Below, in pieces: positions 62,738 to 64,000 of a stretch of DNA of 64,000 bases (positions are counted from its first letter, which is position 1; each line of letters starts with the position of its first letter). The stretch comes from Malacoraja senta. Its lineage: Eukaryota. The DNA lies in NCBI GenBank assembly GCA_038087875.1, contig CM075988.1:23438001-23502000 (forward strand), in the 5' to 3' direction. The notes beneath the pieces are model-generated. The model was not told the origin of the DNA and ran no database searches. It worked only from the letters and a program-made list of their open reading frames with translations. A program made the translations under genes and the position numbers.

Positions 62738-64000
62738 ATAATAATAATAATAAACTTTATTTTGGACTCAAGGTCCAGACAAGGGACAACATTACATAAA
62801 AATACATTGCATATTAAAAACATCATAAAGTACATATAAAATCTTAGTATATCACTTATAAAAGCATCATAAATTATATATTTAAAAAAAACAATACGTG
62901 AATTAAAATCCAGAATAAAAATAATGATCAATGTCCTACAACGAGACAACAATACCAGTGCCTCTACAACTGGGATTCATAGCGAGTAGTGCTAAACCTT
63001 ATGTTTGATAAGGCCACAATAATTAAATTTTTAGTCATTTATCCTGCAGATGAATTTATACATATGATTTCTTAGGATAGCTTCTAAAGTACTGACTCCT
63101 GCAGCCACAAACATGTTACTAGCACTACACCATCTAGGTTTCCTTAGCAGTGTTCTCATGGCATCATTATATGACACCTTTAGACTCTGCAAACTTGTCT
63201 TTCCATAGTTCGACCACAGGTGCGCAGTATAGAGTGGTGTGCAATATGCTCTAAACAGCGACAACTTCACCACATCTGTACACGCACCAAACTTACGCAA
63301 GAAAATATTCGCCTGTACATACAGCATGCGTCGTTGCCTATAAATATCCTCATCTGTCATTTGTTCTGTAATAAAATGCCCTAGATATTTTACCTTATTA
63401 CAGACACTAAGATTATTGTCAGACAATTTAAAATCAGGAAATTTTAGACATTTATCCTCTTTGGTTCTACAGATCATAATAGCACTCTTTTACGAGCATT
63501 ATATTTAATATCATGTTCCACACCATACACAGAACATATAGTAAGGAGCTGCTGTAGACCAGCGCTAGATGGACTAAAGACCACAAGATCATCTGCATAC
63601 ATAATATGGTTCACTAAAATATTACCAATCAAGCACCCAGTATTACAGGCTTTCAATTGTTTGCACAGATCATCAATATAAAGATTAAAAAGGACTGGGG
63701 ACAAAATCCCCCCTTGTCTAACACCATTGCTAACCCCAAATGGGGCCGAGACCCTATTGCCCCATTTTATTTGCATACTGTGGTGGGCATACCAGTAAGC
63801 CAGAATTCTCACAATATATTTAGGCACCCCTCTTTGACTCATTTTAACAAACAGCTTTCTGTGATTTCTAAGACTTTTGACAATATGCGGGCTAAAGCTA
63901 TGGGCCTGTAATTATTTAGGCTGCCTACTTTACCAGCTTTGTCCTTAATGACCGGCACTAACAGAACAGACAACATTGAGTCTGGTAACAAGCCATGAAT
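62738..64000 (-). mobile_element. RTE-X-like non-LTR retrotransposon, RT and C-terminal region, running off the window
   Basis: GVRQGGILSPVLFNLYIDDL, MYADD, KYLG and QRRMLYVQANIFLRKF...LFRAYCTPLY, with a (TTA)n tail at about 62738-62752. Frameshifted. The clade call is from memory of motifs. Confidence 0.8.

Noticed and set aside
42907..64000. Search for CBL exon 2 (MDKVVRLCQNPKL...)
   Set aside because: Not seen on manual reading. It probably lies beyond the window, although I may have missed it; tblastn would settle this.

Overview
AT-rich, repeat-dense vertebrate genomic DNA. The repeat content (CR1 LINEs, a tRNA-headed V-SINE/HE1-like SINE, Penelope-derived short elements) points to a cartilaginous fish, probably a skate or ray; this is inference. 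The only host gene I can support is CBL (Cbl E3 ubiquitin ligase) on the minus strand. Seven coding exons, equivalent to human exons 3-9 (TKB domain, linker, RING finger), run from 42906 down to 6271, and none is in the ORF track. I did not find exons 1-2 or 10 onward. As assembled, the CBL frame is broken by an extra C in exon 4, and exon 5 carries a -1/+1 pair of A indels; intron 4 starts with GC. The introns contain a near full-length CR1 with a tandem 147-bp 5' monomer, several truncated CR1s, three IR/DR-type Tc1 copies, a hAT/Buster remnant, RTE-X-like and Rex1-like LINE fragments, a non-autonomous Helitron, two Harbinger-like TIR elements (one with a MADF-like remnant) and a Penelope GIY-YIG fragment. 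The most interesting signal is a family of about 10 short Penelope-derived elements. Several are palindromic, carry minimal hammerhead-ribozyme cores, and are flanked by 10-14 bp target-site duplications.
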